From: Lingula anatina
Lineage: Eukaryota; Animalia; Brachiopoda
NCBI GenBank assembly: GCA_051362555.1
Contig: CM120645.1
Span: 21,638,001 to 21,702,000 of the forward strand
Length of the DNA stretch: 64,000 nucleotides
Direction of reading: 5' to 3'
Numbering within the stretch: position 1 is the stretch's first letter; each line of letters starts with the position of its first letter. A program made the translations under genes and the position numbers. Under the pieces are notes generated by a model that was not told the origin of the DNA, searched no databases, and was given only the letters and a program-made list of their open reading frames with translations. Shown here in pieces: positions 1 to 13,399 of the stretch.

Positions 1-906
1 TTGAGGTAGGCAAAAGGAGTGTTCTAAGTAGGCTACATGCTACAGGAATTCACAGCAGGGTTGCCAAAAAGAAACCACTTATCAGCTTTGTAAACAGACG
101 AAGCAGATATACGTGGGCTGCAAGAACCAGTGCAATGACCGTTGCCCTGAACTGGCGCCATTTTGTATTTTCTGGCGAATCTATCTTCATCTTGAACAAC
201 GTTGGAGGACAAATGATAATGTGGAACACCGTCATCTACTCGTATGACAGATTGCAGTTTGCATTTGCTCACTATAGACAGTCCATTCCAATAATGGTTT
301 AGGGGTGCATTGGTTTCTACGGAATTGATGGACTGGTGTAGATAAATTGAAACCTAAACCATGCACGTAGCATTATAATTCTGGACCATCGATATAAAAC
401 ATCGCTGGGGACAGAAATCACTCATCTATTTATCAAAATTGCAATCCTACAGCCCACAAGACCAAGGGTGTTAGAGCGTTGCTTAAACGGCATGACATCA
501 ACAGGGTGGACTGGCCTGCCTGATCACCATGTGCAATTCCCAATAAAAATATGTGGAATGAGATTGGAAATCAAGTGTCAAAGAAGCATCCCTTGAACAG
601 AAATGCTCTAATCCGAAGTATCTTTAGAGCCTGGCCCAACACATCCCCCAGAAGACAGTAGTACCTTTAGCAGTCTATATCCAAAAGGCTGATGGCCATA
701 CTGAGATCATATGCCTATCCTACAAAAGATAAATGCTGACATAAATACAGCAGCAGGCGTATTGTAAGGGCAAAGCAAGGGACTGTAAACCTGTTTTAAA
801 GACACTAACTTGACATTGCCATTTTCAATAAATGTATCACTGGAAAACAAACAGCTGTTGTTTAGCTTCAAGAAAAACGGTGCAATACTTTTGTCACACG
901 TCCGTA
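1..906 (+). mobile_element. Degenerate Tc1-like transposon (CHS-B intron 6)
   Basis: Decayed DDE motifs, e.g. RVDWPA*SPCAIPNKNMW near 500-560 (compare WPxxSPDLNPIENxW). Confidence 0.7.
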
Positions 907-1067
907 GAACTGGTATTTTTAAATGGTAGGCTATTTGCAAAACAAATTATGCCGTGACTGCTAGTAGAAAAATTATAAGATATACGTATTATGGTCTGTT
1001 ATACCCGTCCACATATTGAATGAGGTTTGTGAAACGTTTAGTATTTATATCAGTCAAGGAGACTTAC

Positions 1068-1179
1068 GATCTTCCCATTCATGCATCCCTTCATCACTTT
1101 CATCGCGTGGCTTCTTACTCAAAAAATCAACGATATACGACAGGTACATGATCTGACTCCAACGTTTCTTGTTTTTCAC
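1068..1179 (-). CDS. CHS-B exon 6
   Basis: VKNKKRWSQIMYLSYIVDF. Confidence 0.9.
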
Positions 1180-3496
1180 CTAGAAGTATATATAGTGATG
1201 CACCTTGAAAGATCTACATTATAGTTGTTAAATAGTTGTTTTTCACCTGCAACAACAACCATTTGGGTTTTATTTGTAAAAGAAGGAACTCGTTCAGCGC
1301 AGAGTAATAGTGCTAGTAATTCGTAAATATGAAGGACGGTTAAAACAGGGGCGGTCAGATTTTTCAAGTTTTCATTGATGGCCATCTAATTTTTTTCTGT
1401 CGGAAACCTATATATGGATAATTGATTGATTGATTGATAAAGATAATTTGGAAAACTGTAAGAAAATAACTCTGGATCCACCCCTGTAAACGACAGTCTC
1501 AATTAGATATACTAGTACCAAGGGCAGAAGAGTAATAAGTCAATCATTTTAGTTGACTTACAAATATAGTTATGTTAGAATAAATTAATCGTTAAATATA
1601 CAACATTATACTTAATCGCAAGAAAAGGGGTTTCACCTTCTGGTTGTCCTTTAAGTGTAACACGACGCTCATTGAATATTGACCAGGTTTGGTGCTAAAA
1701 AATCCCCACACAAGTTGAAGTCCATAGGGAGTGTCATACCTCTCGAAGCCAATTTTCCTTGCACGATTACTTTTGAATTCTACTCCTGGAAAAAATGTAA
1801 ACCCATTATACACAAATGTTAGTGAATCAGTTGAAATATGATTCGGAGGTAATCCCGGCGAGAGGTAGTGCTAAGTTGCGTCATTGTGCAATAAAACATC
1901 GTGGCACATTTCTGGATGACCATCAGGGGATTAGGTAGCTTGCTTTTAAATGGGGTCGACCATATTTAGTAGGCAGATCAGTTAGTCCAGGGACGGTCTG
2001 TTCTCAATGGCTGCATTCACAACCAAAGATGACTCGCGGACTATCAGACCTCGGATCAAATATGGCCGATCCATTTAAAAGCCGGGAAATCTCAAATTAG
2101 GAGATTTTGTGGCTAGTTTTCGAGTGGGTCGATTGTTCTGAATGCACCAAATACGACTAATGATTACAGTTTATATTGATAGCTGAAATGTACTAAAGTT
2201 AAATGTTAGATGCTATGATCATAAAGGATATATTCCAATGGACTTAGAAGTTGACACGTTTTCAGCGTGCGTAACCTCCTGAAAGTAAAACAGTTTGTTA
2301 TTGATATAAACATAAATGCATAGAATCGAATGTCAGAGCTATAAGACGCTACTGAGGCGCTTACCGAAGACACTTCTCATCAATGACAAAAGACGCTGGG
2401 CATTTGCATTTAGGTGTTTCGACTTCTTCCTTTTGGTATCAAACGCCCCGTCCAGCCATATGTGTGATTGGTAACTTGGAGAGTTCTCATCTCTATGGTC
2501 TAACACATTCTTGATGGACATCAGTAGCTGTCGCATCTCCTCTTCGGACTACATATTAATATGCGTACAGTTAGAAACTAGAGCTAACACGAACAACATT
2601 AAACACATCTAGCTTCTGGTAAATTGTAATTTAACACTAAATATCTCTTTGGATGTTGTACAGGCTTTAGGAAGCTTTTATTGTTTTACTAATAAAAAAT
2701 GTTCCGTTTTCTAAAGAAGGATGACCTTTTTACCATACCTTCTGCAGCAAAAATTGATTCTTATTACCAACCCTATCGTCTTTTTTAGCTGTTCTATAAA
2801 AAATTCCCTTCAAGGTGCCTGATTACCAAATATATGTGCTTGTACAATTCAAACTTTGTACATTTTTTGTACATTTCATATATTCTTAGGGAAGTGTGGA
2901 AATTTCCTAAAAACTGTACAATATATTTATGGGCAGACTTTTCCTAAAATCTGTAGGTTTAAGAAAACATTTAAGAAAATATGTTTTTCTCAATCCAAAT
3001 GCTTTTTCTTTAAGTATTTAGGCGATAGTCTTTAAAATGCATCATCATCAGATTTTTTTTGCAAGCTAAATATCATTTGCCATACCTCTAATATGGTACA
3101 CCCTGATTTCTAACACCTGCACTTAAATTACACATGTCACGCAAACAAATTGGCAGCTCACCTACAAATTACTTGGCCAATTAACATGCTCATATTGGTT
3201 TTTACAATGAAAACACCCAATTGGGATCTGGCCTAGAACAGATCCTAATTCGGATCTGGCATAGTCCAATTAGTAACTGGACTGGATTTGGATCTGGCCT
3301 GTGACACATGCAAATGAACACGATGCAGTCATACCTCATTATACATTGTAGTACAAATATAGATCTGGCATTCCTTTCTCTGTAGGAACACAGGTTTGTA
3401 ATGTGGGTCATTTTTTTCCGTTCTTCTGTTCAGCCATAACCATTGCTCGATAAGAATCCCATTGTAGGTAGGAAGCCAGAACAACTGCCGAAAACA

Positions 3497-3532
<36 letters not shown>

Positions 3533-6500
3533 CCGAGAGAATTGACCATCAATAAAAAACTTTATCTTTGGAATGGGAATTTGGAACCTAGGTTTGGAGC
3601 TCTTATAAAACACTTAGGCGAAATGAGAAATTGATGTTTGGCTACTGTCACACCAAGTGCAGAACGAAAAACGTTGTTGACTTATTTAAGTCGGAGATTT
3701 TGCATACCCGAGTTTCCTTTGAAATCTTTGGTGCCTCGTTCATTGCCACCCACACTCCTATTGAGATAAAGTTCGCAACGAAGAGACAGACTAGGATAAC
3801 CACATTCACTGTCGAAGATTCAGTCCTAAGTTGATCGCACTGGTAATCACGTAGTAACGCGTTGCACACTGGGTAAAATCCAACGACAAATGCCGACAGA
3901 GGGGTGGCCAACACCATGGGAACAAACGCCATCGAAATGTGCCTCTTTCTTAAAATAAACCCAATGTCCAGTGCGGTTGCCAACCATGTTAAGACATACG
4001 CGCTGAAACTGGTCAAAACATTTGTGATGAAGTACCAAAAGAGACGGTGTTCTCTTAGTCCGGTTACCCAAGCCCAACCCTGATTTTCGTAGACAGCTCT
4101 GATGAAAGCATCATCATGGGAGTAATATAATCCGAACAAATACAAAATGATCGGCGTCAAAACTATCTTCTCCATACTTGTTAGGAGTCCTGCCTTCCAC
4201 CGTTTAGGATTAGCTATGCTGTCAGACTTGCTGCTTGATCTAGAAGCTGTTGATTGATATTTCAAAATTCCAGGGAACCAGGCCAGAGAAAAACATACAA
4301 CAGACGCTATAATTGACCATGACAGACGTCCGACCTGACCAAAAGGAGTATTAGAATTTGCCATAACTGCATACACCGTTATTACCACAAGCCCAACGAT
4401 GTTCAAAACGAAGGCTACAGTTGCCAAAATGGAAGCAACAATTTCCTTTGGACAGCGACTTCTACTGTTACTGTCGGGGTTTGTGGATCTGCTACGTCTC
4501 GTGATCATGTTGTCAACAATATTCCAGGCGTTGTAAGCCGTGAAAGCGAATGTTCCCATCAGCACGCTTGTGATCCCTGTCGCGTGAGTATACACAGTGG
4601 TGACAAGAATCCAGAGTCCACCAACTTCTAGAACACTTGACACAAACCCCTGTAATAAGAAATGGCGCATTTGGAGATTTTTGGAAAGAAATTTAATTTT
4701 GTTTCAGTTGCTCGAAGGCATGAGTAATATAATGTAAAAATTGATACATACTAAAGAAAAAATCCTGCCCTGCTTTCGACTTTGTCCGTTAGTTATGAGG
4801 GCTCAACACGCAAGGGGCACTTGCTCCTTCATTGCTTGCGTCGTGCGTCTTAGACCACGCACGTCTCACCTTCGAACTTTTCCCAAACTTCTAGCGAGTG
4901 AAGCAAGTTACGTTTGCAGCCTCGCTGTTCGCAGATTAAATCTAGGTTACCACTTGATACGTTTGCCTTGCGATACTAATGCGGTCCCCGAAAAATTGCC
5001 CGAATGCCCGTTCTCGTGCGGAGTCCGTGAGGAGGCAAGTTGTGGCTGCCGGTATAACAAAGCGAACCTCCGTTGCCTGTTCAATTTTCTTAAGTTGGCC
5101 ATTTTGAAATATTTTCAAAAAAATTAAGGGCCGTAAGCTACAGCGATATCTATACGCCATTGTTCAATTCCCGCACGCGATTACGGGAGGTTTTGGATGG
5201 ACCTGCGGCGATCGCGCTGCAGCGCGTGATAGTCTAGCGATACCCGGTTGATTATAACTTTTCGTTGCACAGCCATTGCCTCTTTCTGCCCGTATCACCG
5301 GTGCCCGTGGAATATTTACAGCTAAATATAAAACAATGTCAAAAGTTCAAACATATCCATTTATATGCCATCTACCTCATATGAGGAGAGAAAAATAAAT
5401 ATCACAGGGCTCATATATTTCATTTAGATGCATTAGAAGATTTTTAAATCTTAAAAGACGTTAAGCCTACTGGATATAATTTTCGAATATTTTCCGAATG
5501 TCCCTTTTCACACGGACTCACGGCATCTGCACCCTTTTTGATTTTGGAAACCTTCGAATATTTTTGAATAGTGAACAAGTAGCCGTAACAATATCGTACC
5601 AGCACATTCAACATTTGACCTTAACGATAATACAGGGTACCAGGGTGACGCGCAATTTTTAACACCTACCTTGTTAAACAATGGTAATTTATAAATGGTT
5701 TATCATCAGTGATACACTTCATGTGAGTACTTGAAAGGATTTATTGAAACGTATATATCAAAGTCTTTGACTGAGCACAATGTAAATCGAAAAATGTAGG
5801 TCGAGTATACCCTGTAGATTGTTTACGAGGAATCTGATAAATTTTATCTTTAAAAAGAGATAACAACTCTTCTTATGAAATCCATTGCAAACAACAGGAC
5901 AAAGAAATGCAATAATTTTTTTAACCACCATAACAGCGGCATTGTAATTATTCTGGAATATGTGTGTGCGCGTGCGCCATCTGATCACGTGACCTCCAAA
6001 GACGGCTTTTCAAAATAAATAAAAACGGACCAACGTTTAATGTCTTAACGGAGTCATTAACTATTAGTTATTATGAGAGGATTGTCATGTACCCCAGGAA
6101 AATAATATTTTGCCAATACCACGTATTTCAGAAGAAGGTGTCTGAGGCATGAGAATGAACCATCTACCTCCTTGTTCAAAACAAAACAAAACAAAACAAA
6201 ACAAAACAAAACATTTCAGTCCCAAACACTAAACAACATAGTTTAGTTCCCTCCAAAGAAACACCTCTTATTATATAGGGGAGACCGGGGCTAGTTGGAC
6301 CCCGGGGTAAGCTCCCTCCCCTCCCCCCCCCCCCGTCAATTGATAAAAAAGTAACTACCCTGTACGAGGTTAAAAAAAATGGCCACATACTCTTGTACAG
6401 TGACCGAAGCCTACAATGCTAAGGAAGTGTCGGGCGTTAAAAAGTTTTACTTAAGCGGTAAGTCGAAGTAAACGATTTTTGCACCTAAAAGTAATTTTGT

Positions 6501-7596
6501 TTAAGAGATCTATTTTCATAGGCTTTTGATCAAATATAATACATCAAACTGAAGGTCATTGTTTCAAGTTTCACAGAGATGTATCATCGTTGCTTATTCT
6601 AGCACCATAAATGGCTGCCTTCCTTTAAAATAAAAATGTGTACCCAGGGCTAGTTGGCCCCTTTAACTCGGAGCAAGTTGGCCCCTCGAGCATATTACCC
6701 AAAAACCTTTGCGCACAACAGAGCTAGAGACAATTGTTGAAACAACCTCAATGGTTTAAAACCGAATTTGTTACATTCTTTTAAAACGAAAATTTATTAT
6801 TCGTTTTTATTCATTAAAAACCTGCTTTATACCATATTTAATTTATTCTGAATTCAAACATAACATATTTTATTGATAGATATTTTGGTTCTTGCTACAC
6901 ATAGCCCCCCCCCCCCCCCCCAAACAGTGACGTACAGTGATTTTGTTACTCTAACTCATTCCTAGTTGGCTCTACAAGGCCAAAGTGTCTAACTGGGCCA
7001 ACTACCCCCGGTCTTCCCTACATTACCGTTGCTATACATGTAATAAGCGCGTCTCTTTCATCTTTTTTTTTGCTTTGCATAGTTTCAATTGAATTCTGCT
7101 CGCAAACAATAAAACTGGAGATGCATCTTTTACTTACCACGGTGCAAGATAATAGAGAAGGCCATGGCTTATAGCTGAAACCCAGATTGTTCTCTTTGGA
7201 AGAACACCGACAGCACAGCCAGCCCGCCATTGTGAACAGCACGCCAGACGACCAGAGACACCACAGAAATGTCACCACATAAGGAACTAAAAATATCAGC
7301 AAAAGCATCAACATAGAGAGACGTCCGTCCGCATCAAGGTGGGTCTGAAATTGCTTCTCAATGCCGTTGCCTTCTGTCAAATCTTGTGAAATCACTAATA
7401 CGGAAATTTTGCTGGCGACCAAGCAAAAAAGTAACGCGAGGTAAACGATGACCGCAACCACCGCCTTAACCACTCCGTAGCAAAAAGAAGTTGACCGTTT
7501 ATTGATTTCTTCACACTGGCCATATTTTTCTGTGACGGTTAGGGTTGGGACATGTTCTAGCTCAACATCGCCTTCCTGCATTGTCGCCATTTCCAT
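1068..7596 (-). CDS. Chs: Chitin synthase B (tandem paralog), exons 1-6; the gene continues beyond the left edge
   Basis: Exons 7596-7138, 4649-3708, 3484-3335, 2548-2365, 1785-1637, 1179-1068 have the same intron positions and phases as gene A and carry CTTMYNE, TPYGLQL and VKNKKRWSQIMY. Confidence 0.92.
1637..1785 (-). CDS. CHS-B exon 5 (uninterrupted, 149 nt)
   Basis: TPYGLQLVW...VVLHLKDNQK with a single TTAA at the site that is occupied in gene A. Confidence 0.9.
2365..2548 (-). CDS. CHS-B exon 4
   Basis: SEEEMRQLL...SHIWLDGA. Confidence 0.9.
3335..3484 (-). CDS. CHS-B exon 3
   Basis: LFWLPTYNG...CTTMYNE. Confidence 0.9.
3708..4649 (-). CDS. CHS-B exon 2
   Basis: 314 open codons, multi-TM. 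Confidence 0.9.
6278..7018. mobile_element. MITE, Tc1/pogo-type
   Basis: TIRs GGGGAGACCGGGGCTAGTTGG / CCAACTACCCCCGGTCTTCCC with TA on both sides. Confidence 0.8.
7138..7596 (-). CDS. CHS-B exon 1
   Basis: 153 codons, GTAAGT donor; homologous to CHS-A exon 1. Confidence 0.85.
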
Positions 7597-7893
7597 GTGG
7601 AATACAAAACTCCACGCGCGTCTGGCCAGTGTACTACGAGTTGTCGTTTATAGATATACAAAACAAAGGAAGATAAAGCCTGGCTTGATAATGCTGATTA
7701 TTTTGAATACACGTAGGAGCAAAGTTCTTCCTTAATATCACTAGAACGCATCAAGTACATTCGACTGAATCTCTGTCGGAGGTAACTTATTACTTTTGTA
7801 GCGGATCTTTCCTTGCTCTCTCGACGCTGGCCGTATTTTTCTGAGTTACGGTTGGGGTTGGGACACCTTCCAACTGAGTCGTCATTTCGAATT

Positions 7894-8111
7894 GGAAAAA
7901 TCACTAAGTCCCACATTCACCTGGGTCCCATAACTCGAAAGCATCGCCTTTGCGACCGAGCGCAAGCGTCTCAATCCCATGACTCGCCCATGCTCGTCCC
8001 ATATTGGGGGGGGGGGGGGGGGTATGGAATCGAGACTCTTGCGCTCGTTCGCAATGCGCGATGCTTTCGAGTTATGGGACCCAGGTGAATGTGGGACTTA
8101 GTGATCTTTCC
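7894..8111. mobile_element. Palindromic MITE / foldback with arms of about 55 bp
   Basis: ATCACTAAGTCCCACATTCACCTGGGTCCCATAACTCGAAAGCATCGC and its exact reverse complement at about 8058-8105. Confidence 0.75.
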
Positions 8112-9183
8112 TAGTTACGGATCTTTCCTAGTTACGGGGATCTCGAAAACGTGCTGTGACGAAGTTATTGGATTTATGTTACTGAATACGCGAGGTAAGA
8201 ACTAAACAATTTCCATATTCCTTCATATTCTTTATTTTTACTTCCTAACTACATTATCTACATTTTCTTCTTCCCCCTTCAACCTTCTACATTGCTCTCC
8301 CTACAACCACCTACATCCGTCCCTCCCGTTTACATTACATTCTGCGCTCAAGTACGACGAGGTCATGTCAATCAACCCAAGTTACTCCCCGCTCCGTATT
8401 CACTCGTGGTTGTCAATTACTAACATTACAGTGCTACGAGATGTCCTTTTAATTATATTGTAAAACAAAGGAAGATAAACCCAGGCTTGATAATGCTGAT
8501 TATTTTGAATATACGTAGGTGTAACACTCTCCTTTGATATTACTTACAGTACAAACGCATCTAGTGCATTCGATTGCGCCTGCTTTTGTGGAGCCGCGTT
8601 TCCCATCCGAACTTCTTTTGCTACTTAGACATCTTTGCAATCACCACACATTTTAAAACCTTCTGTATATATTTTCAACATGAGCAGACGAACGTTGAAC
8701 AAAGAAAACTTACCATCGAATTTTATTAGTACGGGTAACTTCCCTTATGATCTGATAAAGACAAGTTGGTACCAACCCTGAACAACATTTTCTAAATTGA
8801 CTTTGAGCCCACGGAGGAAAGAAAAGCTGTTTGTGTTAGTGCAGGAATTAAATGGCACGTTGAAAAGATAAAATGTAAGCGTTTCAAGGCCTAACGCACC
8901 ATATGCCTAACAGGGATATTAGCTCTAACCTTAATCAATTATCTTTTAGTGGATGTTCTTTAGATTTAATGGAAACTTGCTCCTTTGAAGTAAGGGGGGG
9001 GGCTTCATGACGGCAAGATAAGGCCAGCACTTGTATTCTTTCTTAATTCTTTCCAGTATTAGATAAAGTCAACACATGAAAGTATTTTAGATGAATGAAA
9101 ATTAAATCCAATAAATCAATAGCAACGAAAAAGGCCTAACTCTATGCTCTCCTTTTAATTTGGTTGTAAAATTCTGGCCTCTG

Positions 9184-9480
9184 TAAATTCTCGTGACATT
9201 GCTATCACGGATCCGGAAATTTTGCTGGCGACAAAAAGTACCACCAGATGAACAATGACCGTAACCACCGCCTTAACTGCTCCGTAGCAAAGAGAAGCCG
9301 ACCCTGGAATGATGATAAAACATTAAGCCCATCTGACAAGCGTACTACCAGTTGTCTTTCATAGATATACAAAACAAAGGAAGATAGACCCGGCTTGATA
9401 ATGCTGATTATTTTGAATATACGTGGGTGCAAAATTCTTTAATATTGCTTACAAAAGCATCAAGTACATTCGATTACGCC
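9184..9480 (-). pseudogene. Decayed partial copy of CHS exon 1 plus the upstream module
   Basis: CGGAAATTTTGCTGGCGAC...ACCACCGCCTTAAC...CCGTAGCAAA matches exon 1 of both genes, with deletions. Confidence 0.75.
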
Positions 9481-12091
9481 TCTGTGTGTAATTAAGCCCC
9501 ACAACCCTGGGGGCACTTGTAGGGTACATCACGGAAGCTTTCTTATCTTTTATATACCAGTATCAATTGTAATTTTCATAAAGTACTGCGATTTATTATC
9601 TTTTAGATATTAACACAGACAGCAGAAAGACAGGGGACAAATGATCTCAGTATCAGCATACTCCAGAGTGATAAATACTATCGGTAATGTCGAGAGTTCA
9701 TCTAGTTGTAGACTTCACAAATATAATTTCCAGACGTTGTAATTAATTTGATTAGAGTCGATTGCTTGTGCACTCGACTAGTTTATGACCTTACCTGTAA
9801 TTATGTAACATAAGTGGACGTGTGCAATTTGAATAATTAAAATTAGTATGTACCGCCTAATAATGCAGCACAGAATCCACCACTGATAAGAAATATTGTA
9901 TAAAAGACGTTCAGAATTAATATCGGGGAGTTAAGAAGGAAGAAGACTCGAACTTTGACCGCTCGACACAGCCATGGGAGACGGCTTAGAAGTTGGAGGC
10001 TTCACGTAGAACATGTAGTTAGAGATGGTCAACTAATAAACCATTAAACTGGTCATTATGTGGACTTGGGTTTTCTTTGAGCGACCTTACGTACATGTAA
10101 ATCTGACACAAACTGTGGAATCTTGGGATCGCGTTATCCACTAAGTTAGCCTAAAACGTAATGTCCTATTTCGAGCCCACGCTTGAATTAAGCGTTCAAA
10201 ATTATATAAGTTTAAGGACATTCATCTCATATGTATATGTAAAGGTACATAACATAGTGTCACTCTTAATACCTCGAAATTGTCCATTGTACGTATTAGC
10301 AAAAAGTTATGTATGCCAGTACATGTACTTCGAGCTAATTCTACGAAAAAAGATATCTTAAAAAGGGTATCATGTTCTCAAACCAGTGCACAATGTAAAT
10401 ACTGCCATAAGAGCTATTTCATGTTATTTTCATATACTTATATTCACACAGGTACCCTGTTAATTATATAATTAAACATGTATGAACATGTATTTTCAAA
10501 GGTGTATAAAAGGATAACAACTGTTCATGTTGGCGAAAAAAATTGATTTCTTTGGGAATAATCCAATTTTTTTTTATACTTGTCAATGGTTAATGACATC
10601 ATTTAAATATTCTAAATGTTCCCATTTTTTCCAAAAAGTTTGGTTTAAATTTTTAAAAATATTTTTTAGGAATTTCTTTTAAGATATTATTACAGAGGAT
10701 AGCCATATATGGAGCCCCACATATATAAATTTGGTGGTTGAGGTCGGGGGCGGGGGGGGGGGGGGTGATGCGGATGCCACTCACATTCATGATTGCGGCT
10801 GATGAGTTTTTTGGGGAATCTTACAGTTCAGCCACTCCGGAGAGATATTCGCTGTATGAGGGGTGGGCCCATCTTGCCGTTAGCACTGGGGCTCCCACCT
10901 ATCTTTATTTGCACCTTAACCACTGCTCATAAACCCTGATCCATGCCAGAATTTGTTCAGAACCAAATACAAATGTGAATGCTCTCTGCATTCCCCAGAC
11001 CTCAACCCCCAGATTTTTATCATAGGGGGTATTTGAAAGATCGAGTGTACAGGCACGATCCCCATACCATCCCAGAGTTATTTTTCGTTCATATTAATTG
11101 AATAGTAAACCCTCTTTTTAGATATCTGTTTTTCTGTCTGTGTTTTGTATGTCAAATCAAGGAATTATTTGTTAAATTTACAATGCTTTATTAGAACGAT
11201 ACACAATTCCACACCAAATACTACATATTTCTACTGTTAATGGAATACAGTAATGGAGAAACTGGTTAAAATATTATTTATGTGCCCAAAAGTCATTTTA
11301 ATCAATTAAAAAAAGTGATTACATTTAATAGGTTTTTACAATGACCTTCAACAGGGGTAAATCTACATACAGTTTAAGATATGTCCGCGTCACGGCGCTG
11401 CGAGGAAGTAGACTATAGAGTGACGTTAGCAGCGTCAAAGCACGTGAAGCCATTCAGGTCGATTCAGTTTCGGGTGCAATTACTTCAACTCCAGTCTTAC
11501 AACAAATATTTTCACACCAAAGAAAAAACTCTGCACATTGATATTATCCATAAAGAAACAAAACAAACACGACAATTCTTTGTTTACAGTAAAGGTTATA
11601 AGGAAACAACTGATATAGTTTTTCACACATGACGGACCTACAGGTATAAGCTTATCTGTGCGTGGTTCCTTCCGACTTATACGAGAAGGTAACCTAAGGT
11701 ATAAAGGTTTGGCAGCTGGTAAAGTTCTTCACACCTGTGGAGGAGTCCACAAAATACAAAAAAAATTATTGGGTTACCAGCAGCTCACAATGTTTTTTAC
11801 ACCTGTGCAACTTTTACTAGGACTTCCGTGTCACACGTGATCAATGCAGTAGTATGTCGAGAACAAATTTAAGCCAGTAACATGTTAATGTCCAAGCTTT
11901 TGCAAATACACATAATAATTCGACAACATACATCTGTTTATTGACTGTTTTTGAGCTCTATAGATTCCTCTTTCTTTCGGCGGCCGCACCATGTGCACTT
12001 CCTCAAGGTACAACTTTGGTTGGCAGTGCTCTGGTATTAACTGTCGAATTTTCGTACTCTAAAAAGGATAATATACTCGGACGATCATAAT

Positions 12092-12932
12092 CAGGCCTAC
12101 CCAACTACCAGACTCGGCATCTAAGGATCCTGAATTAACCGGTATATCGGACCACACTACCCGTTTTCAAGGTGTGTGTGTCAAATCGCATTTCGGAGTA
12201 TCAGCCAGAACACCGACAGGATGAGCCCTGACATGCTCGACTGTCACCTTGATTGGATAGTAAACGATTGTCGTAAAATCGCTATATGATTTTAAAACCG
12301 GGTGCATAATTTTGAAAGCCACCTAGATGAACCTTAGACTGCCACATTAATCTAATACAATGCAAAAAAGCCCTATCAAAAGTGGTTAAAACATTCAAAC
12401 CGAATGTCGTTAAGTCCCCATATATCCCCATAGAGACAATAAAATAGAGTACTCTAAAGTAAGAGTACAGTTTAAGGTTGTTCAGCCGAGCGTGGATGAG
12501 CCCGCAGTCGTCCCGCACGAAAATGCAGTAGTATCGAAGTAGCAAAGAAGCATAAACGCAGTAGTGGTGTGGAGCATATTTGCAGTAGAAATGCAGTATA
12601 GCCTGCTGCAATTCTACTTCAAAATTTATACATAGGGTTGTACAGAGGAGGAGCATTAATGCAGTAGATTAGCAGCATGATAGAAGCATGTTTCAAATAT
12701 GCTAATTAGCTCCCAAATCGAAGCAGATTTGAAGCATGTTTGCAGTATGATTGCAGTAGTCTACTGCGCTGGAGTATCTACTTCGTTTTCTTGCGGGGTG
12801 CTACAAAATTTGTTCTGGGGTATGATACTCCGAAATGCGATCTGACACACACCTTGAAAACGGGTAGCGTGGTCCGATATACCGGTTAATTCAGGATCCT
12901 TAGGTGCCGAGTCTGGTAGTTGGGTAGGCCTG
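12092..12932. mobile_element. Foldback DNA element with TIRs of about 110 bp
   Basis: CAGGCCTACCCAACTACCAGACTCGG... is inverted at the other end; ATAAT flanks both sides. Confidence 0.8.
12512..12797 (+). mobile_element. MITE family copy 1 (CCCG...CGGG, 2-bp TSD GT), nested
   Basis: Near-identical to 43576-43859 (inverted) and 51017-51330. Confidence 0.85.
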
Positions 12933-13121
12933 ATAATCTCTGCAGGTCTCTGTAGGTCACACAAGCAACATTCAAGCTCGATGTAATCGCTTACAGCTTC
13001 TAGCATGTTTCAACAATTCGCTTGGATTTTTTAACTTCAATGTTAAATTCGATATATGCAACAGATAAAGTAACTTCCTAAACAAACTACAGTTTGTAGA
13101 GGAAACCTGTCACCATGTTCC

Positions 13122-13399
13122 CTAATTTATAGTTTCAGGCATTAATCTGTCGTCGGATTGTGGGTCGCCTGCTCTTTGGAAACAGCAAGCAGTACATGAA
13201 ATTGTGTTTTGGACGGATTCAGGATCACTTTGGCAAGGGCAGAATTTCTTGGATTTTAATCTTTGGCAACAGCCATCGACATTCCCTCCGCACAAGGGCA
13301 CACGCGACAACAAATGAATGGAGGTCAGCAGACGATGACATAGCATGGTTAGGAACTGCACGATAAGGAGGAAGCAGAAGATGAACAGAAACACTAGAC
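13122..13399 (-). CDS. CHS-A last coding exon
   Basis: LVFLFIFCFLLIVQFLTMLCHR..., TAG at 13124-13122. Confidence 0.88.
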
